The notes under the pieces: model-generated
What the model was told of the DNA's origin: nothing
Seen by the model: only the letters and a program-made list of their open reading frames with translations
Database searches by the model: none
Position numbers and translations under genes: made by a program
Shown: positions 62,811-64,000 of the stretch, piece after piece
How positions within the stretch are numbered: position 1 is the stretch's first letter
How the letters are laid out: each line of letters begins with the position of its first letter
Origin: Chlorokybus atmophyticus
Lineage: Eukaryota; Plantae; Mesostigma and Chlorokybus algae
DNA: 64,000 nt
Assembly (NCBI GenBank): GCA_009103225.1
Contig: RHPI01002910.1
Coordinates: 124,001 to 188,000 of the forward strand
Direction of reading: 5' to 3'

Positions 62811-62929
62811 CTGCAGTGTGAAGTCCCTCTCTGATAATGTTACTTGGTGGTTGCAAGCAGTAGTAGTTAGCTGCCACTGTTGGATTGACGACCGCGAAGG
62901 GTAGGGGGGGGAAGGGGGAGGAGGCGCAA

Positions 62930-63530
62930 ATACAATATGATGTTGAAGAAATTTTTAGCCTTGAATGCAAATAAGAGTACATAAGCTAAACAAGTTATAA
63001 TGCATAATTTATGTAAATTCAAAAGGTCGTTTTACATCAATGCGATCGGGATCTGGCGGTGTGACGCATATGCAGTTGTTATCTTTATGTTTGTGCAAAC
63101 GTGAAAGATATAATAGCGTAATCACGATCAAAAAATTGCATGCAGGGAAACCAATATGTCCACACAGCATATCAATACATTTGCATGTGCATTATAATAA
63201 TTTGTCGATTGTTGTATAGCCATTAAATAATCTTATCATGCATTGCATTCGATTGCAATGATTAGCAAACTTATGAGTTTGCGTGTGCACATAATGTGTT
63301 GAAGATTGTGCAAACGTGTACACTCTTCAACTCCGTTGACCAACTATACTATGATGCAATAAATACATAGTCATTACGCAAATTCAATGATTTCTTATCA
63401 GGTTCCCAATATCCTCGACGCAATACGTTAAGCTTGTCTGATCGTAATATAAAAATAATCAAACATTGATTTCTTACATTTTGAATACCGGTATAGTAGA
63501 AATAAATAAAGGTTCATGACCATAGTACTT
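62930..63530. other. AT-rich island 3
   Basis: Sample line 63421-63480 is 15/60 G+C; no ORF. Confidence 0.7.
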
Positions 63531-63839
63531 AGGGTCTTGAGGGTCTTCACCCAAACGCGATCGGGCAGTCAACACGGTTGACTCACCAGCCCGCCACGCC
63601 AGCTTCCCGCCCGTATCGCGCGACGCACACTGCGCCACGGCCCGCGAACGCCGCGCCCGGGCACCCGCACCTTGAACCCGTGCGGGCGCACAGTCAGCAT
63701 TTGCCCCGACCGAAGCCTGACCGATGTATACCAGTCACTCTGCAGCTTTATTGCATACAACCTGACGCAAAAAGACGTAGATGGATCGTGATACAAACGG
63801 CCACTTTATCGGCTCTCAATGGAGTGCTTTTCGATACAA

Positions 63840-63848
63840 TTAGGGTTT
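63840..63848 (-). promoter_or_regulatory. telo-box (TTAGGGTTT)
   Basis: Exact motif just before a GC-rich, leader-like stretch at the window end. Confidence 0.3.
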
Positions 63849-64000
63849 GTATGGATGAAGTTGGAAAGAGATAGAATTCAACGTTTGCACGCCTTTTTAG
63901 CCTTAAGCAGCGGCGGCAGTGTGACGTGGAGCCATTGTGGCGGCGGCTGTGTGCGGGGCGGCCGCGGTCTGGTTCGGCCTGGGTTCGTCTGCTTCGGCCT

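Noticed and set aside
63640-63990. Plus-strand frame with a single TGA (...QKDVDGS*YKRPLYRLSMECF...) suggesting recoding or a pseudogene
   Set aside because: No recognisable motif, start or splice context, and long open frames are common in this GC-rich stretch.
1-64000. Reassigned genetic code (TAA/TAG = Gln, as in some ulvophytes) as an explanation of the TAG between the ATPase and the permease
   Set aside because: TAG ends the Tubby gene (16476-16478) close to the homologous C-terminus and also ends the F-box gene, and the assembled exons of conserved genes contain no internal TAA/TAG.
1-64000. tRNA, rRNA, TnpB/Fanzor or reverse-transcriptase genes
   Set aside because: No cloverleaf or T-loop motifs, rRNA signatures, RuvC triad or YxDD motif found by eye; a covariance/HMM search would be needed to exclude them fully.

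Overview
Intron-rich eukaryotic nuclear DNA from a green plant-lineage organism. An F-box Tubby protein, a bHLH+ACT factor and telo-boxes, together with centriole genes (CEP97, SSNA1), suggest a flagellated streptophyte alga; this is inference. The standard genetic code fits. About 15 spliced genes were assembled by eye: a 5'-truncated hypothetical gene, ataxin-2/CID3-4, an F-box protein, a Tubby-like F-box protein, FZL, an At1g64430-like plastid protein, bHLH-ACT, an unknown protein, an ABC ATPase and a UPF0014 permease (STAR1/STAR2- or FetA/FetB-like), D27-like, CEP97-like, VMA12/TMEM199, a coiled-coil protein, SGR-like, and a partial SSNA1/DIP13. There is also a complete 3.9-kb hAT transposon (18-bp TIRs, 8-bp TSD, decayed transposase), three AT-rich islands, several long palindromes and two assembly gaps. 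The best candidate for something new is the ABC ATPase/permease pair. The ORFs are 18 nt apart and in frame, and the 732-nt upstream ORF has no ATG in any frame after its start. This fits a bicistronic, leaky-scanning, operon-like mRNA. CDS coordinates are first-to-last codon spans including introns; exon boundaries were inferred manually.
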